From: Clostridia bacterium
GTDB taxonomy: Bacteria > Bacillota > Clostridia > TANB77 > CAG-465
Assembly (NCBI GenBank): GCA_028684095.1
Contig: JAQUGQ010000007.1
Span: forward strand, 13,489-77,488
Reading direction: 5' to 3'
Length of the DNA: 64,000 nt
Part shown: piece after piece, positions 10,504 through 18,968 of the stretch
How positions within the stretch are numbered: position 1 is the stretch's first letter
Layout: each line of letters starts with the position of its first letter
Position numbers and translations under genes: made by a program
The notes under the pieces: generated by a model
What the model saw: only the letters and a program-made list of their open reading frames with translations
Databases searched by the model: none
What the model was told of the DNA's origin: nothing

Positions 10504-10656
10504 ATGGATCAAGATCGCTGTTGTCCAAAAGGATCATTATTTGGTTCTAACTGTAGTTGGATAATTATACTAATTATTATATTTATAATATTTACATGCT
10601 TTTGTAATAACAAAAAAGATGAAAATAACTTCTGTTACCCTGATGTTATATTTTAA
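10504..10656 (+). CDS. unlisted 50-aa cysteine-rich single-TM micro-protein
   Basis: Below ORF-track cutoff. ATG 10504 sits behind TAGGAGGTAAGCT. Translation is MDQDRCCPKGSLFGSNCSWIIILIIIFIIFTCFCNNKKDENNFCYPDVIF, with 7 Cys and one hydrophobic helix. A terminator follows directly. Confidence 0.55.
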   Translation: MDQDRCCPKGSLFGSNCSWIIILIIIFIIFTCFCNNKKDENNFCYPDVIF

Positions 10657-10670
10657 TAGTTAAACATAAT

Positions 10671-10699
10671 AAAAAACTACCTTAATAGGTAGTTTTTTA
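10671..10699. terminator. bidirectional terminator
   Basis: AAAAACTACC (10672-10681) pairs with GGTAGTTTTT (10688-10697). Sits between convergent genes. Confidence 0.8.
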
Positions 10700-10729
10700 T
10701 TATGTTTTTTCTATTTTTCTAACAATATA

Positions 10730-11314
10730 TTATGCTTTTGGTGATTCAGTTTTAATTTTAGTTTTGCTTTTATTTATATTTTTATTTCTCAAGAAAAATA
10801 TAAATAAAGGTTGTAATATTGGCAATATTATACTAAATATTATTAATAAAGCTGCACTATCTTTGCTTTGCTTCTCAAATAATCTATACAATAATCCATA
10901 ATATGCAAGTACAAATATTATTAATGAAAACCCCATACTTATAGGCACTGCAATCATACATAATATTATTACCGGTAGTACCCATTCTGTCTTAGATATT
11001 TTTATTTTATATATACTAGTATCTCCAACTATTCTACCCATTGTAAATAAGCAAGCAAAAGGAATAAATGATGTCCATGCTAATTCATCTTTGTTATTTC
11101 TAGCCATTACATATAGCCCTACTGCACGTAATAACCACATTACAAAACATGTCAAAACAATTAAAGTTAAAGCCAAACCTATTTTAGCTAAAGCACCAGT
11201 TACATCAAGCCAATCTATATTAAATAATTGTTCTTTTGAAGGTAAATTTAAATAATGTTTCATATTATTTAAGTTTTGTTGCATCATTGTCGTAGTTGCA
11301 TAAATTATATTCAT
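10730..11314 (-). CDS. hypothetical polytopic membrane protein
   Basis: 194 aa with 4-5 hydrophobic helices. No catalytic motif recognised. Confidence 0.6.
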   Translation of the reverse strand: MNIIYATTTMMQQNLNNMKHYLNLPSKEQLFNIDWLDVTGALAKIGLALTLIVLTCFVMWLLRAVGLYVMARNNKDELAWTSFIPFACLFTMGRIVGDTSIYKIKISKTEWVLPVIILCMIAVPISMGFSLIIFVLAYYGLLYRLFEKQSKDSAALLIIFSIILPILQPLFIFFLRNKNINKSKTKIKTESPKA

Positions 11315-11452
11315 ATTTTATCACTCCATAGTCATAGTATTCTCTTTTTATAATAAAATATTCTTAAAACTATAAAGTGATATTTAATTCAAAAGGTTTA
11401 TACCATATTATTCAATATATTATTTATTATTTTTCTTTTTATATTTTATATT

Positions 11453-11680
11453 CTAAGATTCAAAAATATTTTTATCATCACGTGCTTGCAAACAATTTTG
11501 ATTTTTGCTAGTTTGGGCAGCTATAATTAATAAATTTTGACCTATACCACACAAAACATTTCCTATTACATTTTGATCATCTAAGTTTAAGTATTCTGCT
11601 AATAATGCCGATATAGAAGCAGATAATGCAACTAATTTAATTCCATCACAGTTATCTAATGAATTATTTACAGATCCCAT
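11453..11680 (-). CDS. small hypothetical protein
   Basis: 75 aa. SD GGGGTGA lies 6 nt upstream of the ATG. The SALLAEYLNLDDQNVIGNVLCGIGQNLLIIAAQ core resembles small clostridial proteins of unknown function (from memory, unverified). Confidence 0.5.
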   Translation of the reverse strand: MGSVNNSLDNCDGIKLVALSASISALLAEYLNLDDQNVIGNVLCGIGQNLLIIAAQTSKNQNCLQARDDKNIFES

Positions 11681-11705
11681 CTTATTTCACCCCATATATA
11701 ACTAT

Positions 11706-11745
11706 ATGAGTTAATTAAATATTTTGTGATATTTAATTAACTCAT
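11706..11745. repeat. perfect 16-bp inverted repeat (possible terminator of cls)
   Basis: ATGAGTTAATTAAATA (11706-11721) pairs with TATTTAATTAACTCAT (11730-11745) around an 8-nt loop. No strong T-run. Confidence 0.4.
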
Positions 11746-11760
11746 GCAAGTATTTTAATT

Positions 11761-13314
11761 CTATATTAATGGAGAAATCATTATAAGAATTTTTTCTAAT
11801 AACTTTTTTAATAATCCACGTTTTTTCCATTCATCCAAATTTATTTGTATTGATTTTTCTTGTGTTTGTAAAAAATTATATTTTATTAATTTTTCTATCC
11901 CGGTTTTGTAAATCCAATTTCCACATTCATAGTGAAAATACAATCCTCTAAAATCAAGATTTATACTTCCTACTGTTGCTAATTCATCATCTGAAACAAA
12001 TACTTTAGAATGAATAAATCCTGGTTTATATTCATAAATTTTCACCCCTGATTCTAGTAATACTTGATAAAAAGATCTTGTTGTTAAATGTACAAATTTC
12101 TTATCTGGAATATATGGTGTAATTATTCTTATATCTACACCAGATTTAGCAGTATTTTTAAAAGCTGTTACAACATCATTATCTAATATTAAATATGGTG
12201 TTGTTATATACAAATAATTCTTTGCTGTATTTATTATCTGAATATATAAATTTTGTGCAGGATTACTACCATTGTCAGGTCCATCACAATATGGCATTAT
12301 ATATCCTTTATTAATATTTGTGTTTATTTTATTATTACTTATAAAATTTTTATACTCTAATTTTTTATCATCTCCAGACAAATTCCACATTCTTATAAAT
12401 ATTAATATATAACTTAATGATGCTTCACCTAAAATTTTAATGCCTACATCTTTTAAATGTCCAAATTTTTTATATAGATTGATATATTCATCCCCTATAT
12501 TTATTCCACCTGTGTATGTAATTTCACCATCGATGACAACTATTTTTCTATGATCCCTATAATTCAAATATTTATTGATTTTAATAACAGAAGAATTAAA
12601 TATTCTATATTTTATTCCAACTTCATCTAAACTTTTTTTGAAATCTTTAGGATATTTTTCAAAATTATTAATACCATCTACTATTAGATATACCTTTATT
12701 CCTTTAGAAACTTTCTGTTTTAACATATCAAACAGTCTATTCCACATAACCCCCTCTGTTATGCTAAAAGATTCTATAAATATATATTTTTTTGCTTTTG
12801 AGACATCATTAACCATTGATTCAAAGTATTTTTCTCCTATATCAAAATATTCAACATATGAGTTTCTATATATTGGTAAGCCATTTGTATTATATAAATA
12901 ATTTACTTGATTGTATTTCAATTTATCTATCTCTTCTATTTCTTTACAAATTTCATTATCATATTTTATATATTTTTGTGAATTTATATACTCATTATCT
13001 AATTTTTTTTGAAAATGTTTTGATATTTTTGTATTACCAAAAACTATATATAAAATAATTCCTGGTATTGGAAAACATATAATAAATATTATCAATAAAG
13101 CTTTATATGATGGATTTTCAAATTTATATATTATATATAATACAAAACCTAATTTTATTATAACAATTATAAAATTAAAGTATTTTAAAAAATCACTACT
13201 TCCAGCCATCTGAATTATTACAAATTTAAATTGAATATATATTAAAAACAATATACTTAAAATTTTAATTATAATTGGTATTATTTTAATCTTTGATTTA
13301 TTAATGTTTTCCAT
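11761..13314 (-). CDS. cls: cardiolipin synthase (PLD family)
   Basis: 517 aa. Two HKD motifs, HRKIVVIDGEITYTGGINIGDEY and HSKVFVSDDELATVGSINLDFRG. N-terminal TM helices. Confidence 0.9.
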   Translation of the reverse strand: MENINKSKIKIIPIIIKILSILFLIYIQFKFVIIQMAGSSDFLKYFNFIIVIIKLGFVLYIIYKFENPSYKALLIIFIICFPIPGIILYIVFGNTKISKHFQKKLDNEYINSQKYIKYDNEICKEIEEIDKLKYNQVNYLYNTNGLPIYRNSYVEYFDIGEKYFESMVNDVSKAKKYIFIESFSITEGVMWNRLFDMLKQKVSKGIKVYLIVDGINNFEKYPKDFKKSLDEVGIKYRIFNSSVIKINKYLNYRDHRKIVVIDGEITYTGGINIGDEYINLYKKFGHLKDVGIKILGEASLSYILIFIRMWNLSGDDKKLEYKNFISNNKINTNINKGYIMPYCDGPDNGSNPAQNLYIQIINTAKNYLYITTPYLILDNDVVTAFKNTAKSGVDIRIITPYIPDKKFVHLTTRSFYQVLLESGVKIYEYKPGFIHSKVFVSDDELATVGSINLDFRGLYFHYECGNWIYKTGIEKLIKYNFLQTQEKSIQINLDEWKKRGLLKKLLEKILIMISPLI

Positions 13315-13370
13315 AATTTCACCTATTATATATTATGAGAATTTTCTTGTGTAATATTCTTTTAAACTAA

Positions 13371-13407
13371 AAAAAGGATTATTTGATAAAATCAAATAAT
13401 CCTTTTT
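13371..13407 (-). terminator. terminator overlapping the 3' end of the phosphatase gene
   Basis: AAAAAGGATTATTTGA (13371-13386) pairs with TCAAATAATCCTTTTT (13392-13407). T-run follows on the minus strand. Confidence 0.75.
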
Positions 13408-14149
13408 TCATTTCTATTGGTGAGGTTATAATTATTTTTTCATTATTTATTACACTCATAGGATTATGAGTCATTAAAATATCAGTATTTTCTTTACCTA
13501 TTAATTTTAAAACTACTTTATATACTTCTGATGTTTGATCATAACTAAAACTTTTACCACTATGTGTATCTGTAGCAATAAAATGTATCATATTATATTT
13601 TAATAAAATTTTAGCTGTTTTTTTGGCTGTTTTACCATAACATCCAAGTATACTACCAGAATTTAATTGAAATAGCACCCCTTGTTCAATATAATCAATT
13701 AATTTGTTTTTATTTTTTTGTACAAATGAATATCTTTCTGGATGTGCAATTATAGGGATATATCCTAAAGAAAATATCTTAAATATACAACTTTGTAATC
13801 CATAAGATCCACCTGTTCTAGGCAATTCAACAAGGATATATCTTGAATTATTTATAGAAGATATTTTTCCACCACTCAAAAGGTTTTCAATATTTTCTGT
13901 TATAAATACTTCATTTCCACAAAATATTTCTATAGAAATATTTTGAATTTTTGCTTCTTTTTTTATAACATCAATTAATTTTTTTTTATCATTATTATTT
14001 GCTATATATGATCCTTCAATATAGTGTGGAGTAGCCACTATTGCTGTATATCCTGCTTTTTCAGCATTTTTCAAAATATTTATAGAATCTCCAATATCAC
14101 TAGAACCATCATCAACTCCTGGAATTATATGTGTGTGTATATCTACCAT
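13379..14149 (-). CDS. PHP-family protein-tyrosine phosphatase (CpsB/YwqE type)
   Basis: 256 aa. MVDIHTHIIPGVDDGS start, plus ATPHY, IAHPERY and ATDTH metal-site motifs. Confidence 0.85.
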   Translation of the reverse strand: MVDIHTHIIPGVDDGSSDIGDSINILKNAEKAGYTAIVATPHYIEGSYIANNNDKKKLIDVIKKEAKIQNISIEIFCGNEVFITENIENLLSGGKISSINNSRYILVELPRTGGSYGLQSCIFKIFSLGYIPIIAHPERYSFVQKNKNKLIDYIEQGVLFQLNSGSILGCYGKTAKKTAKILLKYNMIHFIATDTHSGKSFSYDQTSEVYKVVLKLIGKENTDILMTHNPMSVINNEKIIITSPIEMKKGLFDFIK

Positions 14150-14157
14150 AATGCACC

Positions 14158-14979
14158 CTATCCTATTTCTTGTTTTTTTATAACATCTTCTTTTCTTTGA
14201 TAATATTCATAATATTCTGTATATTGTTTTCCATTAGTTACTGGTATTTTATTTACTACAACCCCTGCTAGTTTTCCACCAACATTTTCGATAGTTTTTT
14301 TAGCAGTAATTAAATGTTTAATTTGTGTATTTTTAACTGATGCTACAAGTACTGTAGTATCAACTAGTCTTGCCAATATAAGCGAATCTGTTACTACATT
14401 TACAGGTGGTCCATCAAATATTATAATACTATATTTTTTTCTTATACTTTCAAAAAATTTTATCATCTTCTTTGAACCTAATAATTCTGACGGATTTGGT
14501 GGAACACTACCTGCAGTCATTACTGTTAAATTTGGAACAGATGTTTCATGAAATTTTGTAACTATAGGTCTATCTGTTTTTATTTCATCTTCAGTATCAT
14601 TTTCCAATTCATAATTTTCAATTTTATATTCATTTATAATTCTTTTTTTGCCATATTCAAGCAAATAATTTGAGAAACCAAATTCATTACTAAGTCCGAA
14701 AATTTTATGTTGTCTGCCTTTTCTTAAATCTCCGTCTATTAACAATACCTTGCTACCTGTTTGTGCAAAAGCAATTGCTAAATTAGCAGAAATCCAACTT
14801 TTACCATCTCCGGGTGTTGGGCTTGTTATAAGTATTGTTTTTATTTCTTCATCTACTGAAGAGAATAATATATTTGTTCTTAGTGTTCTTAATTTCTCAG
14901 ATATTGGAGATTTAGGGTCCTCTTTTACTATTAATTCATTTATAATTTTATATTTTTTTGTTCTTTGTTGTTTATTCAT
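14158..14979 (-). CDS. bacterial tyrosine kinase (BY-kinase, CpsD/YwqD type)
   Basis: 273 aa. Walker A SPTPGDGKS, Walker A' LLIDGDLRKG, Walker B IIIFDGPPV. C-terminal tyrosine cluster QYTEYYEYYQ. Confidence 0.85.
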   Translation of the reverse strand: MNKQQRTKKYKIINELIVKEDPKSPISEKLRTLRTNILFSSVDEEIKTILITSPTPGDGKSWISANLAIAFAQTGSKVLLIDGDLRKGRQHKIFGLSNEFGFSNYLLEYGKKRIINEYKIENYELENDTEDEIKTDRPIVTKFHETSVPNLTVMTAGSVPPNPSELLGSKKMIKFFESIRKKYSIIIFDGPPVNVVTDSLILARLVDTTVLVASVKNTQIKHLITAKKTIENVGGKLAGVVVNKIPVTNGKQYTEYYEYYQRKEDVIKKQEIG

Positions 14980-14988
14980 ATATACACC

Positions 14989-15684
14989 TCACTTACTTTT
15001 ATATATTGGTATAGCCGAAAGTACAGACATACCTATTTTTTTTTCTATTTCTTCAGGATCTTTTACTGATGTATCAAAGTAGTAAGAAATAAATACTAAA
15101 AACAATGATGTTAATACACCCGAACAAAAAAATAATATAATTTGTTTTGTTATACTTATATTATACGGTGAATCTGTCGGTTCGGCCTTATCAATAATAG
15201 ATACATTCTTTATATTATATATATCTATTATTTCCTTACTAAAAACTTCAGATACATTATTAGCGATATCTGCTGCAGTTTGTGAATTCTCATTTAGTAC
15301 TGTTATTTGTAGCATTTCTGTTGACTTTTTTGAGTTAACCAAAATCATATTGTTTAATTCAGTTGGTTGATAGCTAAGTCCTAAATTTTTAATTACTTGA
15401 GTAGCTATTTTTCTTGATTTAACAATTTCACTATATGTAGAAACTAACTTTTGATTAAGTAGCACATCATTTTGTGTGATTGTATCATTAGAAACAACGT
15501 CATCATTCATATTAGTAGGAGCTGTCAACACCATAGTTACATCAGATTTGTATATAGGTTTTTGTATAAATAATGTATACATAATCCCAGATGTTGTTAT
15601 GATTGCTGTTATAATAATTATAAACACTATTTTTTGTTGAAAAATAGCTAAAATATCCTTAAGTTCTAATTCTTCCACTTTCAT
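14989..15684 (-). CDS. Wzz/CpsC/YwqC-type transmembrane kinase modulator
   Basis: 231 aa. TM helices at both ends flank an extracytoplasmic domain. Sits directly upstream of the BY-kinase. Confidence 0.75.
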   Translation of the reverse strand: MKVEELELKDILAIFQQKIVFIIIITAIITTSGIMYTLFIQKPIYKSDVTMVLTAPTNMNDDVVSNDTITQNDVLLNQKLVSTYSEIVKSRKIATQVIKNLGLSYQPTELNNMILVNSKKSTEMLQITVLNENSQTAADIANNVSEVFSKEIIDIYNIKNVSIIDKAEPTDSPYNISITKQIILFFCSGVLTSLFLVFISYYFDTSVKDPEEIEKKIGMSVLSAIPIYKSK

Positions 15685-15729
15685 TTCCCCCTCTTATTTA
15701 TAACATTAATTCATATAATACATTTTTAT

Positions 15730-15736
15730 TGTCGAA
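15730..15736 (+). promoter_or_regulatory. candidate Spo0A box (TGTCGAA)
   Basis: Exact 7-mer TGTCGAA, 46 nt upstream of the Wzz-like start codon in the divergent intergenic region. Confidence 0.3.
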
Positions 15737-15818
15737 ATATGTCACAACGTTCATTTATTATAACACATTTTACAGTATTATGTCAACAGTTTTCGGTAAT
15801 TACATCAACTTTTTATGT

Positions 15819-15856
15819 AAATTAATTTATACAAATTAATTTATACAAATTAATTC
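15819..15856. repeat. tandem 14-mer repeat, 2.7 copies
   Basis: AAATTAATTTATAC at 15819-15832 and again at 15833-15846, then AAATTAATTC at 15847-15856. Confidence 0.9.
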
Positions 15857-15949
15857 TTTACTAATCAAGCTAAAATTTGACATATAATTTTAAATATAAC
15901 TGTTGTATATATTAATATAGATGATATAATAGTCACAGGTAAAAATATT

Positions 15950-16513
15950 ATGAAAAATTTTAAAGAAATAGCTATAATTACGATGTTATTAATGGTTTTA
16001 ATATACTTTACTATAATAAATAGTAATAATACACCATCTGAACAAATTTCAAGTGTTTCTAGTGGTGATAAAAAAACTAATATTACTGAACAATTTACAA
16101 AAGCTTATGTGTCTAGAATAATTGATGGGGATACAATTGAAGTTACTATAGATTCAAAAAAGTATAAGGTTAGGTTTATTGGTATTGATTGTCCTGAATA
16201 TACGTCAAAAATAGAATATTACGGTAAAGAGTCTACAAAATATACTAGTTCTATTCTCATTAATACATATATTTTTTTAGAAAAAGATGTTAGCGAAGCT
16301 GATCAATATGGACGTTTGCTTCGCTATGTATGGTTAGAAGTTCCAATATCAAACTCTATTAATGAAATAAAAACAAAAATGTTTAATGGAATATTAGTGG
16401 TTAATGGATATGCAAGTGCAGTTACATATCCACCAGATATTAAATATTTCGAAGAATTTAAAGAGCTAGCAGCTGATGCTAGAAATACTAATATGGGATT
16501 GTGGAACAAATAA
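15950..16513 (+). CDS. membrane-anchored/secreted thermonuclease (SNase family)
   Basis: 187 aa. N-terminal TM. Motifs DGDTIEV, VRFIGIDCPE and YGRLLRYVW. Confidence 0.8.
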   Translation: MKNFKEIAIITMLLMVLIYFTIINSNNTPSEQISSVSSGDKKTNITEQFTKAYVSRIIDGDTIEVTIDSKKYKVRFIGIDCPEYTSKIEYYGKESTKYTSSILINTYIFLEKDVSEADQYGRLLRYVWLEVPISNSINEIKTKMFNGILVVNGYASAVTYPPDIKYFEEFKELAADARNTNMGLWNK

Positions 16514-16547
16514 TAGTATATGATATAATATATTGCTAGTTAGCTAT

Positions 16548-16584
16548 AAAAGCAAATTAATTTAACTACAAATTTGCTTTTTTC
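16548..16584 (+). terminator. rho-independent terminator after nuclease gene
   Basis: AAAAGCAAATT (16548-16558) pairs with AATTTGCTTTT (16571-16581), then a T-run. Confidence 0.75.
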
Positions 16585-16602
16585 TTAATTTTATGGTATA
16601 AT
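16574..16602 (+). promoter_or_regulatory. sigma-A-type promoter for the large ncRNA
   Basis: -35 TTGCTT (16574-16579), 17-nt spacer, extended -10 TGGTATAAT (16594-16602). Confidence 0.5.
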
Positions 16603-16609
16603 ATATAAT

Positions 16610-17180
16610 TGATGGTGCATTATTCTAGTTGTACTGTCTATTATGAGGGTGGGGCTAAAAATCCACTAAAAGGCACATCGTTGAAGTTTCTTGTTTATGC
16701 GCAATACGCCCAGTTTTGTGTGTTTTCAGGGAGTAAAGGAACTAGGGTACGTTATAACGGCATATAGCTTATTCCCTAGTTTCGTGGAGACTTAATGTTT
16801 AATTAATTGAGTGTAACCTATACAAAGTGCCAAGACACAATGTATAGTGTAGCCTGTCTTGAGTGATAATATTGGGATTTATATTAAAAGTTTTAAAATT
16901 GTTGGCCATGATTTTTAGACTTATGATAATGAAACTATTGTTGCGAAAAAGACTAATAATAGATAACAGTATATTTATAGGAAAACTTCTAGGATGTTTG
17001 TTTTATTTAAAAGCAAGGTCTTTTAGGAATTAAGGTACGGAATTAAGTGGTGATCTAGTTTTCTTTTGGGTAACCGGAGAATTTTCTCTTTAAATGGAAA
17101 CGGCTAAACAGTAATGTTTAGTAGAGATTAGAGAAATTCTACTAGACCTAAACCGTAAAATTTACCTAATTTTCTACCAT
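16610..17180 (+). ncRNA. ole: large structured RNA, probable OLE (ornate large extremophilic) RNA
   Basis: About 570 nt with no credible ORF and visibly higher GC than its flanks. Many local helices: GGAACTAGGG/CCCTAGTTTC, CAAGACA/TGTCTTG, CTAAACA-GTAA-TGTTTAG (GNRA loop) and AGTAGA/TCTACT. A 4-TM protein gene follows immediately on the same strand. Ends are approximate. Confidence 0.55.
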
Positions 17181-17217
17181 CTAAATATTTTTTAATAGGG
17201 GTTGTAAATAATTTATA

Positions 17218-17790
17218 ATGGAAATAGCAGAAATAAAAGAAATTAAAAAGAAAAGAATTAAAAAAGAAAAAGTTGAAGATTCCACTCTTAAGTGGTTTAT
17301 ATCTATATTTGTTTTAACATTTATTTTATCTTTATTTTTTTCATATGTGTCAGCAGAATCAATAAAGGGCTTACCACTTATTCCAGCAATATTAATATTA
17401 ATTGTTGTTATATCAATAGGTGTATTATTCGATATTATTGGCGTAGCTGTAACGGTTGCAAAAGAAGATGAATTTCATGCTAAAGCAAGCAAAAAACTTA
17501 AAGGTTCTAAAACAGCTATCAAACTTATACGTAATGCACATAAAGTTTCTAATTTTTGTGCAGATGTGATAGGTGATATAGCAGGTGTTCTAAGTGGTGC
17601 CATAAGCGCTTTAATAGCACTTAAAATTACTGATGTATATGGTTTGAGTTTTAATATACAATTTTTAATTAGTGCTTTGGTTGCTTCACTAACGGTTGGT
17701 GGTAAAGCAATTGGTAAGATAATTGCAAGAAACAATACAACAAAAATAATTGCCGTAGTAAGCAAAATTTTACATTTTTTTAAGAAGTAA
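17218..17790 (+). CDS. oapA: four-TM membrane protein, probable OLE-associated protein A
   Basis: 190 aa (about 21 kDa). Basic N-terminus then four hydrophobic helices. Its position directly 3' of the OLE-like RNA matches the ole-oapA arrangement. Confidence 0.5.
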   Translation: MEIAEIKEIKKKRIKKEKVEDSTLKWFISIFVLTFILSLFFSYVSAESIKGLPLIPAILILIVVISIGVLFDIIGVAVTVAKEDEFHAKASKKLKGSKTAIKLIRNAHKVSNFCADVIGDIAGVLSGAISALIALKITDVYGLSFNIQFLISALVASLTVGGKAIGKIIARNNTTKIIAVVSKILHFFKK

Positions 17791-17794
17791 TATT

Positions 17795-17821
17795 ATAGTA
17801 GATTAATCTACTATTTTTTTA
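17795..17821 (+). terminator. rho-independent terminator after oapA-like gene
   Basis: ATAGTAGA (17795-17802) pairs with TCTACTAT (17807-17814), then T7. Confidence 0.8.
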
Positions 17822-17896
17822 TGCCAAATTTAATTTAAATACCATTTTGGAATAAAAAATACCTTATGTTAAAATAACACAAAGCATTCTTTAAAT

Positions 17897-18709
17897 TTAC
17901 ATATTTGCTGCAGATTTTTCTTCTAATCTTAATTTATCTGCTATCATAGCTATAAACTCGGAATTTGTTGGTTTTCCTTTATTTGAATTAACTGTATAAC
18001 CAAATATTTTATCATGTACTTCTATTTGTCCTCTATTCCATGCTACTTCAATAGCATGTCTTATAGCTCTTTCTACCCTAGAAGGTGTTGTATCAAACAT
18101 ATGTGATAAATTTGGATATAAAACTTTTGTAACAGCATTAATAACATCCTCATTTTTAACAGTCATCATTATTGCTTCTCTTACATATTGGTATCCTTTT
18201 ATATGAGCAGGTACACCAACATCATGTATTGCATTTGTAACTCTTACTTCTAAACTTGTATTTAATCTTCTTGTATCTAATACATTATCTCTAGAACTAT
18301 ATCTGCTACTCACAACAGTTGTTGCATTATCAGGTGACATTAAATCTCTAACTCTTTCAGTTAAGCTCTTCATATCAAATGGTTTTACAACATAATATGT
18401 TGCTCCCAATGATATCGCTTTTTGAGTTATTCTTTCTTGACCTATTGAAGACATTACAATTACTAAAGGCATTTTAAATTCACACTCTTTAGACATTTCT
18501 TCTAAAACAGTTAACCCATCCTTTTCTGGCATTATTATATCTAATAATAATACATCCGGATTCATTTCTTTCATAAGCTTCATAGCATTTGTTCCATCAT
18601 ATGCATATGTAACAATTTCCATGTCTTCTTGAATATTAATATAGTCTTTAAGAAGCATTACAAACTCCTTATTATCATCCAGCACCATAACTTTTTTCTT
18701 TTGAACCAT
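17897..18709 (-). CDS. spo0A: sporulation master regulator Spo0A
   Basis: Start moved to ATG 18709 (SD GGGAGG). Receiver domain has [14 protein letters not shown] and KPF. C-terminal Spo0A-specific DNA-binding domain has [18 protein letters not shown] and [18 protein letters not shown]. Confidence 0.95.
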   Translation of the reverse strand: MVQKKKVMVLDDNKEFVMLLKDYINIQEDMEIVTYAYDGTNAMKLMKEMNPDVLLLDIIMPEKDGLTVLEEMSKECEFKMPLVIVMSSIGQERITQKAISLGATYYVVKPFDMKSLTERVRDLMSPDNATTVVSSRYSSRDNVLDTRRLNTSLEVRVTNAIHDVGVPAHIKGYQYVREAIMMTVKNEDVINAVTKVLYPNLSHMFDTTPSRVERAIRHAIEVAWNRGQIEVHDKIFGYTVNSNKGKPTNSEFIAMIADKLRLEEKSAANM

Positions 18710-18804
18710 TTTATACCTCCCTACCTTATCTCTTAGTACATTATAATTATACACATTTTAATGTACTAAATCAAGGTTTTTCCTAAAAATTTACAATCGA
18801 GTTA

Positions 18805-18811
18805 TGTCGAA
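18805..18811 (+). promoter_or_regulatory. candidate Spo0A box upstream of spo0A
   Basis: Exact TGTCGAA about 96 nt upstream of the spo0A start codon. Confidence 0.35.
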
Positions 18812-18968
18812 ATACCTCATAACATCATATTTGCACCATACTTCTCGATTTTTTATACATTTTTGTTGTCGTTATCATTTATCTTGTCCTAAAATCATAT
18901 ACTTTCATATATAATAAACCATAAAACAAAAAAATTATATTATTTTGTACAAATATTACATCAATAAC

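Noticed and set aside
15819-15856. Considered the tandem 14-mers as a possible CRISPR or mini-array
   Set aside because: The repeats are contiguous with no spacers, number only 2.7 copies, are pure AT-rich sequence, and have no cas genes nearby.
16610-17180. Considered whether the structured non-coding stretch is tmRNA, RNase P RNA, SRP/6S RNA or a group II intron
   Set aside because: It has no tRNA-like GGGG...TCGAATCC...CCA ends or tag ORF (tmRNA). It lacks the GAGGAAAGTCC/ACAGAAA RNase P core. It is too long for SRP or 6S RNA. It has no GTGYG 5' end, domain V or intron ORF. Its size and the following 4-TM gene fit OLE better.
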